From an uncultured Alphaproteobacteria bacterium (GTDB lineage Bacteria > Pseudomonadota > Alphaproteobacteria > TMED109), in the NCBI GenBank assembly GCA_964428295.1, contig CAYRXL010000001.1, positions 12,559 to 40,629 on the forward strand: a stretch of 28,071 bases of DNA, read 5' to 3'. The translations under genes and the position numbers were made by a program. Each line of letters opens with the position of its first letter. Positions within the stretch are counted from its first letter, which is position 1. This document shows positions 19,594 through 27,404 of this stretch, one piece after another. The notes beneath the pieces were generated by a model. The model was not told the DNA's origin, did not search any database, and was given only the letters and a program-made list of their open reading frames with translations.

Positions 19594-20417
19594 TTGTTTC
19601 CATCAGAATATTTATATAATTCTATTTTAATATAAGGAGAAAACCTATAAAAAAAACTGTATTTTAGTAGTTTAAGAAACCCTAATTTTGTTAAAAACAT
19701 CGAAAGTTTTAGCAAAAGGTTTTGTCTCTCCCTGAATTCTTTATCTTCTTTTTGTCGTTCTAATAAAATTTTTCCTATATCATTATCAAAACTTAAACCT
19801 AATCCTATCTTCTTAGCGTAAAGCCTAACATCAGAATATTTAACAAAATTCAAACTATCCCAAAGACCTTTGCAATTATTAACTTCTTCGTAGTTTAAAA
19901 TATAACTAGAAAAAAGTTTATAGGTAATTTTTTTATTAAATATAATTGGAATTCTAAAGTGACTTTCGTAAGGAAATGAATAATTAGGACATAAAATTAT
20001 ACATTTTCCATTTTTTAATAACGTTTTATTTATAAAATCTAAAAAATGTTTCCAATCAGATAAATGTTCAAAAACATTTATCAAGAAAATTAATTTATAT
20101 TCCTTTTTAAGAATAAAATTTTCATATTTTTCGTTATGAATTTTTACTCCTGTCTTAATTAATTTTTTATGATATTTTCCTAGATAATTAAAACCATCTT
20201 CGCAGGATTCTATACCTTCTATATTTATATCAGGAAATTTTTTTTTAATAATATAGAGCAAAATTCCACTACCACTTCCTACTTCAAGCACACTATCATT
20301 CTGCTGCAACTGTTTCAGGTAAGGTTTAATTTGACTAAATCCAAAAAATGCATCATTTGCCCATCCATCTCTATTTTTTAGATCGTAAAATATATTTTTA
20401 ATTTGCTCACTAATCAA
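19590..20417 (-). CDS. Class I SAM-dependent methyltransferase (glycan-locus type)
   Basis: VLEVGSGSG motif I, IFLINVFEHL, L..NGKCIILCPN. TTG start with AGGAG upstream; its stop overlaps the ligase start (ATGA). Confidence 0.88.
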   Translation of the reverse strand: MISEQIKNIFYDLKNRDGWANDAFFGFSQIKPYLKQLQQNDSVLEVGSGSGILLYIIKKKFPDINIEGIESCEDGFNYLGKYHKKLIKTGVKIHNEKYENFILKKEYKLIFLINVFEHLSDWKHFLDFINKTLLKNGKCIILCPNYSFPYESHFRIPIIFNKKITYKLFSSYILNYEEVNNCKGLWDSLNFVKYSDVRLYAKKIGLGLSFDNDIGKILLERQKEDKEFRERQNLLLKLSMFLTKLGFLKLLKYSFFYRFSPYIKIELYKYSDGNK

Positions 20418-20525
20418 TTTTATTTATCTCCTGGTATTTAAATAGTTGATATTTAATTTTGCAGAATTTATATAAATTTAATATAACTAAATTTAATAAT
20501 ATTAATGCTATTGGATGTAATTTAA

Positions 20526-21245
20526 ATGAAAAATTTAATTTTAGTTAGGCATGGACAAAGTTTATGGAATCTCCATAATCGTTTTACTGGATGGTTTGAT
20601 TGTGACCTTTCTGAAAATGGATATATTGAGGCAAGAAAAGCTGGCTATTTAATCAAAACCCTTGATCTCAAACTTGAAACATTTTTCACCTCTTATTTGG
20701 TCAGAGCCAAAAAAACACTTGAAATTATCATTAATGAACTAGGTAAAAGCCAAGTTGATTATATAGAAGCATGGCAATTAAATGAAAAGCATTATGGTAA
20801 TTTAACGGGTAAAAACAAAGAAAACATTAAAGCAAAACTAGGAATAAAAAAAGTAAATGATTATAGACGCTCATGGAATTTAGCACCTCCTGCTATTAAT
20901 GAAAATGATAAATACAATCCTAAATCAGATAAAATATATAAAAATTTAAACCCAAAAAACATCCCTTCCACTGAATCCTTAGAAAATACGTATTTAAGAG
21001 TAGTACCTTATTTTATTAAAAACATACAACCTAAACTGGCAAAAAATGAAAACGTCTTAATATCAGCTCATGGAAATTCTCTTCGAGCACTTTGCAAATA
21101 TTTATTCAAAATTTCAGATGCAAAAATAAGAGAATTAGAAATTCCAACAGGAAATCCATTGCTAATAAAGTTTAGTAGTAACTTAAAAATCTTTAACTAT
21201 GCTTATCTGGACAAATCAAGAGAAAAAACTATTAATATCAACTAG
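20526..21245 (+). CDS. gpmA: 2,3-bisphosphoglycerate-dependent phosphoglycerate mutase
   Basis: LVRHGQS.WN..NRFTGW.D, RA.KT, LNEKHYG.LTG, RRSW, ESL..T..RV, AHGNSLRAL, IPTGNP. Confidence 0.96.
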   Translation: MKNLILVRHGQSLWNLHNRFTGWFDCDLSENGYIEARKAGYLIKTLDLKLETFFTSYLVRAKKTLEIIINELGKSQVDYIEAWQLNEKHYGNLTGKNKENIKAKLGIKKVNDYRRSWNLAPPAINENDKYNPKSDKIYKNLNPKNIPSTESLENTYLRVVPYFIKNIQPKLAKNENVLISAHGNSLRALCKYLFKISDAKIRELEIPTGNPLLIKFSSNLKIFNYAYLDKSREKTININ

Positions 21246-21258
21246 TCGAGTATCAGAA

Positions 21259-22245
21259 CTATTCATTAACGTTTATAATCACACGTCCATATGTTTTTCC
21301 ATTCATCATATCCTTAGCCGTTTTACTAACTTGGTTCAATGATATTTCACTAGACATCATTTCAATATGTTTTGTGTCAAGATCGTTTGATAATCTTCTC
21401 CATGCTATAAGTCTTTCATCCAGAGGACAATATACGCTATCTATGCCAATTAATTTTATTCCTCTTAAAATAAATGGCATAACAGTAGCAGGAAAACCAT
21501 ACCCTTGAGCTAAACCACACGCAGCTATTACACCACCATATTTAGTTGTAGAGCAAATATTAGCTAATGTGTAGCTTCCCAAAGTATCAATCGCACCTGC
21601 CCATCTTTCTCTTCCTAAAACCTTCCCTTTTTCTGATAATTCCCTTCTATCAATCACATCTGACGCTCCTAGATTTTTGAGATAATCTGTTAGTTCAACT
21701 CTTCCTGTAGATGCTACAACCTTATATCCCAACTTGCTTAAAACTGATATAGCAACACTTCCTACTCCCCCTGCTGCACCGGTTACTAGTATCTCTCCCT
21801 CCCTCTTACTTATACCATTCTTCTCCAAAGCTATAACACATAACATAGCTGTATAACCAGCCGTTCCAATAGTCATTGCCTGTTTCAAGGAAAAAGGTTC
21901 TACTAAAGGAATTAACCATTCATTTTTAAGACTTGCTTTCTGAGAAATACCACCCCAATGTTTTTCTCCAACTCCCCAGCCATTTAAAATTACCTTGTCA
22001 TTAACTTTATATTTATCAGTCAGACTATACTCAACAATTCCAGCTAAATCTATACCGGGGACCATAGGAAATGACTTTATTATGGGAGAAAGTCCAGTTA
22101 TAGCAAGACAGTCCTTATAATTTAAAGTCGAATATTCTACTTTTACCTTAACATCTCCTTCAGGAAGATCAGAATCCTCAAGTTTCTTAATTTCTGAAAA
22201 TGTATTATCTTCATCGTCTTTATCTAATATCAATGCATCAAACAT
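21259..22245 (-). CDS. acuI: Acryloyl-CoA reductase AcuI (YhdH-type MDR oxidoreductase)
   Basis: EYSTLNYKD, PMVPGIDLAG, GWGVGEKHWGG, IGTAGYTAMLC, VTGAAGGVGS, ACGLAQG, PFILRGI.L.GIDSV: the YhdH/AcuI subfamily pattern. Confidence 0.88.
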   Translation of the reverse strand: MFDALILDKDDEDNTFSEIKKLEDSDLPEGDVKVKVEYSTLNYKDCLAITGLSPIIKSFPMVPGIDLAGIVEYSLTDKYKVNDKVILNGWGVGEKHWGGISQKASLKNEWLIPLVEPFSLKQAMTIGTAGYTAMLCVIALEKNGISKREGEILVTGAAGGVGSVAISVLSKLGYKVVASTGRVELTDYLKNLGASDVIDRRELSEKGKVLGRERWAGAIDTLGSYTLANICSTTKYGGVIAACGLAQGYGFPATVMPFILRGIKLIGIDSVYCPLDERLIAWRRLSNDLDTKHIEMMSSEISLNQVSKTAKDMMNGKTYGRVIINVNE

Positions 22246-22260
22246 TCCCGACCTTTCATA

Positions 22261-22719
22261 TCAAATTTTACATTTTTCTAAAATAAACATAGCCTCTTTT
22301 AAATAACTAACTGCATAATTGCATGTAATACCTATGTAATCTTTCCATTTTCCAGTTTCATCAATATATTTATACTTACCCGTACCTGCTTCCATATCAG
22401 TATTTCTGAAGTACTGAACAGTAAATATATTCTCTTTTTGTTCATTACCTTGATAATAAAGTTTCCAATCAATAATTTTTCCTTCAGCATTTATCTCTAT
22501 CAAACCCATACAACTTTGCATTCCGTAATTACCCATTGAGTCTCTCCAAGTTCCTTTATTTTTGTAATGAGATATTTTACTTCCATCTGTAAGGTCAAAA
22601 ATCTCCTTGGAGCTAAACACATTATATTCTCGAGCCCATTCTTTAGCATATGAAATTTGATAAAATATGATAAAAACAACAATCATAGCCTTTATAAATT
22701 TAGGGAAAGAAAATCTCAC
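22261..22719 (-). CDS. Uncharacterised secreted protein, paralog B (predicted all-beta)
   Basis: Signal peptide ending SYA|KEW. 63/128 identical, gap-free, to the mature part of 24391-24840. GTG at 22719 (AAGGT upstream; gives MRF.., paralleling paralog A's MRY..) preferred to the track's TTG at 22749. Confidence 0.8.
   Translation of the reverse strand: MRFSFPKFIKAMIVVFIIFYQISYAKEWAREYNVFSSKEIFDLTDGSKISHYKNKGTWRDSMGNYGMQSCMGLIEINAEGKIIDWKLYYQGNEQKENIFTVQYFRNTDMEAGTGKYKYIDETGKWKDYIGITCNYAVSYLKEAMFILEKCKI
22546..22593 (+). repeat. Imperfect 48-bp direct repeat, copy 1 (copy 2 at 24676-24723)
   Basis: ccaagttcctttatttttgtaatgagatattttacttccatctgtaag vs ccaagttcctttgtttttatagtgagatatttttgttccatcagaaag: 41/48 identical, 2130 bp apart. 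Encodes the shared LxDGxKISHYKNKGTW segment of the two paralogs. Confidence 0.9.
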
Positions 22720-22814
22720 TCTTTTTAATACCTTATATAAGATAGTCAATTATACATTTAAATATTTTTTATGCAATTTACAAAATATAAATACACTATA
22801 TGATTTTCACTGTA

Positions 22815-24374
22815 TTAGTTAACAGCTAATGCCAGGCTTGATGGAGATGGTATATGTACCATGCCATATTTTCTTTTTTTAAACTGCAAAATAGCATTAG
22901 GATTAGCGAACAAACCAGACATTACTAAATCTTGACTACTAACCACAACATTATCTTTATTCCTTTTTAATGATTTCAAAATATTGTTTTTCATAAATTT
23001 ATTAACTGTTATTTGATTATTTCCACTCATGTCTATACGAGGCTGCTTAAATGCTTCTTCTAAAGTCATATTAAAATCGTATATAAATGAAATAATTTGA
23101 AAAACCGCAGGTAATATTTTTCTTCCTCCCGAAGCTCCAATAGCTAAATTTTTAGCTTCCTTATTTAGGACTATAGCGGGACACATATTAGATAAAGGTT
23201 TTGTGTTAGGCATAATAGAGTTAGGTCTGTTTTTTCTTGGATCAAACCACATAATTCCATTATTCATTAAAATACCAGTACTAGGTAATACAACTTTACT
23301 GCCAAATATAGAAAGCAAAGTTTGAGTAAGTGAGACTATGTTTCCTTCTGAATCTATTACCGCCAAATGTGTTGTACACTCTTGATCACTTTTGGCTCCC
23401 ATGAATGAAAGTCTATGTTCATAAACATTTTTTAAAACCTCTGAATATTTAAGAAAGTCTTTTTCATTAGGTATAGGAGCATTAGGTTTCCACTCGTTAA
23501 GATTCTCAAAAGACTTGACCAATGAAGGTCCTGCATTTAGGCCATCAACCACATTAATCTCTGAGCCTTTGTAGTATAATTTTTTGGTTTTTTTGATATT
23601 AGCCTTATAATTAATAAAGTCTTCTAATTTTATGCATGAACCTATATCTTCTAGATCTTTAACAATCAATTCAGATAAGCTTCCATTATAAAAGCTATCT
23701 GCTCCCTCAGTTTTTAAAATTTCGTATGAATTTGCGAGATTATAATTTTTAAGAAATTCTAGATTAAGCTGATCTTCACTCGAAGGAACCATTCCATTCG
23801 GTAAAAATATATTTTTGGTTGCACTATAGTTTTTTAAATTTCCAAAGGACAAAGCTATTCTTAAAGTCGTATACCAGTCTAGCAACAAACCTCTTTTTGA
23901 TAGCTGACAAGCAGGATCTATTATATCTTTCCAATTCATAGAACCAAAATTTTTATGAGCCTTTGAAAGACCAGCTATATATCCTGGAGTAGCCATAGAA
24001 GATGGACCATTAACATTAAGGTCATTTTTGACACTAGGCCATCCAAAAAGGTCTTTGTCTTTACCTGCTTCAGATAATATATATTTTGATGGCTCTAGAT
24101 TTATTGGAGAGTGAACACCAAAATCTATGCCATAAGACTTTTCCGATTCAGCATTATGGTAAATCATATAACCACAACCACCCAACCCACTCATCCATGG
24201 CTCAACAACACCTAAAGCCAAACCCATTGCCACAGCTGCATCAATGGCATTACCTCCGGCATTTAATATATCAAATCCTACTTCTGAAGCTTCGTAATGG
24301 TTACTAACAACTAATCCATTACTTGATTCAACAACATGCTTGTTTATTAACCACTTTTCACTAGCTTTTATCAT
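22815..24374 (-). CDS. Gamma-glutamyltransferase-family Ntn hydrolase, non-canonical and apparently cytoplasmic
   Basis: GGNAIDAAVA..LALGVVEPWMSGLGG, TPGYIAGL, C|TTHLAVIDSEGN (nucleophile Thr at 23373-23375), GILMNNG, GASGG, PRI. ATG at 24374 avoids the 44-nt overlap with the upstream gene. No signal peptide. Confidence 0.92.
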   Translation of the reverse strand: MIKASEKWLINKHVVESSNGLVVSNHYEASEVGFDILNAGGNAIDAAVAMGLALGVVEPWMSGLGGCGYMIYHNAESEKSYGIDFGVHSPINLEPSKYILSEAGKDKDLFGWPSVKNDLNVNGPSSMATPGYIAGLSKAHKNFGSMNWKDIIDPACQLSKRGLLLDWYTTLRIALSFGNLKNYSATKNIFLPNGMVPSSEDQLNLEFLKNYNLANSYEILKTEGADSFYNGSLSELIVKDLEDIGSCIKLEDFINYKANIKKTKKLYYKGSEINVVDGLNAGPSLVKSFENLNEWKPNAPIPNEKDFLKYSEVLKNVYEHRLSFMGAKSDQECTTHLAVIDSEGNIVSLTQTLLSIFGSKVVLPSTGILMNNGIMWFDPRKNRPNSIMPNTKPLSNMCPAIVLNKEAKNLAIGASGGRKILPAVFQIISFIYDFNMTLEEAFKQPRIDMSGNNQITVNKFMKNNILKSLKRNKDNVVVSSQDLVMSGLFANPNAILQFKKRKYGMVHIPSPSSLALAVN

Positions 24375-24390
24375 ATTATTATTAACTGTT

Positions 24391-24840
24391 TTAATTTTTA
24401 CATTTATCAACAGAAAAAAAAGCCTTATCAACATACGTTATAGCATAGACACATGTAGCCCCTATAAACTTTTTATATTTACCTGTTGCGTCAATAATTT
24501 TATTAGTCCCTACTCCTGCCTCCATTGCATCATCCCTCGAAGCGGTTTGTGTAAACCTATCATTTTCACTATCTTTACCTTGGCAAAAGACTTTTACATC
24601 ATTTATTTTATTATTTTTATCTAATACCACTGTCCCTATACAACGCTGAGTACCAAAATTACCTAAATTATCTTTCCAAGTTCCTTTGTTTTTATAGTGA
24701 GATATTTTTGTTCCATCAGAAAGTTCCATTATTTCACCATTACTATACCCTGAATACTCCCTTGTCCATTCCTCGGCTAAAAGTGAAGTATAAACCGTAC
24801 AAATAAGACCAATATATATAAAAAGTCTAGTATATCGCAT
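24391..24840 (-). CDS. Uncharacterised secreted protein, paralog A (four mature Cys, predicted all-beta)
   Basis: AGGAG 8 nt before ATG, signal peptide MRYTRLFIYIGLICTVYTSLLA|EEW, clear paralogy with 22261-22719. Confidence 0.85.
   Translation of the reverse strand: MRYTRLFIYIGLICTVYTSLLAEEWTREYSGYSNGEIMELSDGTKISHYKNKGTWKDNLGNFGTQRCIGTVVLDKNNKINDVKVFCQGKDSENDRFTQTASRDDAMEAGVGTNKIIDATGKYKKFIGATCVYAITYVDKAFFSVDKCKN
24676..24723 (+). repeat. Imperfect 48-bp direct repeat, copy 2 (copy 1 at 22546-22593)
   Basis: See copy 1; 41/48 identity. Confidence 0.9.
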
Positions 24841-25061
24841 TTTACGAACTCCTATTTAACTCATCCTGATTTAACTTGTCTTCATTATATTACTTAGTTT
24901 ACAAGTATTAGTTATAATCACATTTGCTAAACAAGTAGTAGTATGTTTCAAATAAACAACTGAATAGTTATACTTTTTCCTATATATAATTACCACAGTC
25001 TAGTTTTATTTTATCCTAATTGATTATAAAACTACCTATATATTTTAAAAAATAAAACTTT

Positions 25062-25086
25062 TTCTAAAAGGTTTTAGAACTATAAT
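25062..25086 (+). promoter_or_regulatory. Perfect 18-bp palindrome (TTCTAAAA-GG-TTTTAGAA) next to a TATAAT -10 box; candidate operator/promoter of the DUF1330 gene
   Basis: Inverted repeat at 25062-25069/25072-25079 and consensus TATAAT at 25081-25086, upstream of the ORF. No convincing -35 found. Confidence 0.45.
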
Positions 25087-25121
25087 ATAGCAAAAAATCA
25101 ATGAATAATAGTGAGGAACAT

Positions 25122-25445
25122 ATGATCTACGCACTAAACTTATTTAATTTATTAGAAGGACGAGAAGATGACTACCGAGAATATTCTATAAAAGCTGGAA
25201 AGATAATTTATGGCAAAGGTGGAAAAGTGGTGTCATCTGGATGGAAACCGATTAGAAAAATACACGGAGATATAGAAAGACAATATCTAATTGTGGTTGA
25301 TTTTCCTGATGAAAAAACTTTTCAAGATTTTATAGACGAAGCCGAAAAACAGAATATTCATAACCTACGCGAAAATTCGACTAAAGATTATATATGGACC
25401 CTTTATAAACCTTGGAATATTAAGGAATGGGTTAAGCCAGTCTAA
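25122..25445 (+). CDS. DUF1330-like (dimeric alpha+beta barrel) protein
   Basis: Y.EY....GKII...GGKVV.SG......HG....YLIVVDFPD...F..F.......I...R pattern. ATG at 25122 has GAGG 5 nt upstream (track start 25101 is in frame). Confidence 0.75.
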   Translation: MIYALNLFNLLEGREDDYREYSIKAGKIIYGKGGKVVSSGWKPIRKIHGDIERQYLIVVDFPDEKTFQDFIDEAEKQNIHNLRENSTKDYIWTLYKPWNIKEWVKPV

Positions 25446-25625
25446 ATAACTCAATTTAATAGATCACTTTAGCTTCACCTATTAGTTTTTTTAATAGACA
25501 TCTCAATTACGCACTTTGTTTTTGAAAAAGTAAATTCATTAATAAATTAATAACGTACTAGCATTTTATTCCTATCTTTAGTTTTCATAAGGATCAGCAG
25601 TATCTAAAATCTAAGATAGTTAGAT

Positions 25626-25976
25626 TTAGAAAAACTTAAATCCATACTGTTTAACTATAATATGAACAAATAAAACAAATAAAACTGTAATGAAAACACT
25701 AGAAACTACGGAAACTAAAAACCCATACTTATTTATAAAAAAAGGAAATAATATAAACATTGGTAATGTAGGTATTACATAAATTAAAGTATGAGTTACA
25801 TGAGAAGAAATTTTATTGTCAGACACTCCCTCAAAATGCATCCAAAAAATTACAAAAAAAGTCATCAAAGGCATAGCTGCTATAAGACCTCCAAGCTTAT
25901 CATTGACCTTTGCAATTTCACTAATAATCACAATTAAAATGGCCGTTATTAAAACTTTAAAAAATATATATGTCAC
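25626..25976 (-). CDS. DUF3147 family membrane protein
   Basis: KVLITAILIVIISEIAK....GGLIAAMPL...W.H.E......IS......L..VIPTL.MF..FP pattern with four TM segments. GTG at 25976 preferred to the track's TTG at 26009. Confidence 0.8.
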   Translation of the reverse strand: MTYIFFKVLITAILIVIISEIAKVNDKLGGLIAAMPLMTFFVIFWMHFEGVSDNKISSHVTHTLIYVIPTLPMFILFPFFINKYGFLVSVVSSVFITVLFVLFVHIIVKQYGFKFF

Positions 25977-26198
25977 TTTTTTATAATATTTATATTGTTG
26001 GTCATACAAAAATTTTTAATAATCCATAAAAACGGTTATCAAAAGTAATTTAGTGCCATATTCCTTCATGTAATGATATAGACAAAGAATAAAACTAATC
26101 ACATGTTCACAAAACAACTTTATATCATCTGCCTCCTACATAACCTAAATCATCTTTACAAAGTATTTCAGTTAAGATTTTCCGCTAAAACAAAGAAT

Positions 26199-27404
26199 TC
26201 AAACTCGCTCTAGCACCATTGCACTTCCTTGACCTACTCCTACACACAATGTACAAAGTCCATATTTTCCATTTATTCTGATTAACTCTTCTACCGCAGT
26301 TAATAATAATCTTGCCCCAGACATTCCTAAAGGATGGCCAAGTGCAATAGCTCCTCCATTAGGATTCACCCTTATATCATCATCCATTAGCCCCCATTCA
26401 CGAAGACAGGCTATAGCTTGGGCAGAAAAAGCTTCATTCAATTCAATTACAGAGATGTCGGAAAATTTAAGTTTAGAACGTTTGAGTACCCTCCAAACTG
26501 CTGGGACAGGTCCCATTCCCATAATAGAAGGCTCAACGCCAGCAGCAGCAGATGCTACTATGCGAACCCGTGGTATAATTTTGTGCATTTTGATACCAAC
26601 CTCAGATGCAAGAACAAGTGCTGCAGCCCCATCGTTAACACCTGAAGCATTGCCAGCTGTTACTGTACCCCCTTCTTTAAATGGAGTTGGTAATTTAGCA
26701 AGTTGTTCCTGTGTTGTATTAGGACGTGGGTGTTCATCGTAATCAAACTTAATGGATTCACCTTTAGGTTGAGAAATAGTCACTGAAGTTATTTCTGCTG
26801 AAAACCGACCAGATGAAATAGCCTTTCCAGCTTTCTTCTGAGAACGCATGGCAAACAAGTCTTGATCATAACGGCTAATCTGGTATCGTTCTGCCACATT
26901 CTCTGCTGTTTCAGGCATAGAATCCGTCCCATAAATCTTGTGCATTGATTTATTCACAAAACGCCAACCAACCGTCGTATCGTATATTTCTGTTTTACGA
27001 GAAAAAGCAACATTGGCTTTAGGCATAACAATTGGTGCTCGACTCATACTTTCTACTCCCCCAGCTATTACTAAATCTGCTTCTCCTGATTTAATCATAC
27101 GTGCCCCTACTGAAACAGCCTCCATTCCAGAAGCACAAAGCCGATTGACAGTAATGCCTGGAACCTCCTTCGGGAATCCTGCTAATAGTAATGCCATACG
27201 TGCTACATTACGATTGTCCTCACCAGCCTGATTAGCAGCACCAAGCACTACCTCATCTATCTTAACGGGATCAATAGAGGAATTACGGTTCAATAATGCT
27301 CGCAATGGTATAGCTGCTAAGTCATCTGTTCGTACAGAAGATAATGTTCCACCATACCTACCAATAGGCGTTCGTGTAGCATCACATATATATACATGTC
27401 TCAT
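26199..27404 (-). CDS. pcaF: 3-oxoadipyl-CoA thiolase (PcaF/PaaJ subfamily)
   Basis: RTPIGRYGG.LSSVR.DDL, NQAGEDNRNVARM, TVNRLCASG (Cys), DTT.GWRFVN, SMPETAENVA, NEAF, GHPLG, CVGVGQG. AAGGAG RBS upstream. Confidence 0.92.
   Translation of the reverse strand: MRHVYICDATRTPIGRYGGTLSSVRTDDLAAIPLRALLNRNSSIDPVKIDEVVLGAANQAGEDNRNVARMALLLAGFPKEVPGITVNRLCASGMEAVSVGARMIKSGEADLVIAGGVESMSRAPIVMPKANVAFSRKTEIYDTTVGWRFVNKSMHKIYGTDSMPETAENVAERYQISRYDQDLFAMRSQKKAGKAISSGRFSAEITSVTISQPKGESIKFDYDEHPRPNTTQEQLAKLPTPFKEGGTVTAGNASGVNDGAAALVLASEVGIKMHKIIPRVRIVASAAAGVEPSIMGMGPVPAVWRVLKRSKLKFSDISVIELNEAFSAQAIACLREWGLMDDDIRVNPNGGAIALGHPLGMSGARLLLTAVEELIRINGKYGLCTLCVGVGQGSAMVLERV

Noticed and set aside
20781-20798. gpmA motif NEKHYG instead of NERHYG
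   Set aside because: Conservative R->K with all other catalytic motifs intact; insufficient to claim altered function.
24375-24434. Apparent 44-nt overlap between the hydrolase ORF and paralog A
   Set aside because: Artefact of the longest-ORF start call; ATG at 24374 removes the overlap, and the extra 20 residues have no GGT similarity.
25446-25625. Possible pseudogene remnant between DUF1330 and DUF3147
   Set aside because: Only very short frames (under 25 codons) on either strand, with no recognisable motif.
26010-26198. Strong AGGAGG followed by ATG-ATA-TAA, and a ~39-codon stop-free stretch in the pcaF-DUF3147 spacer
   Set aside because: SD-ATG spacing is only 3 nt, the longer frame has no usable start/RBS pair, and I recognise no homology.
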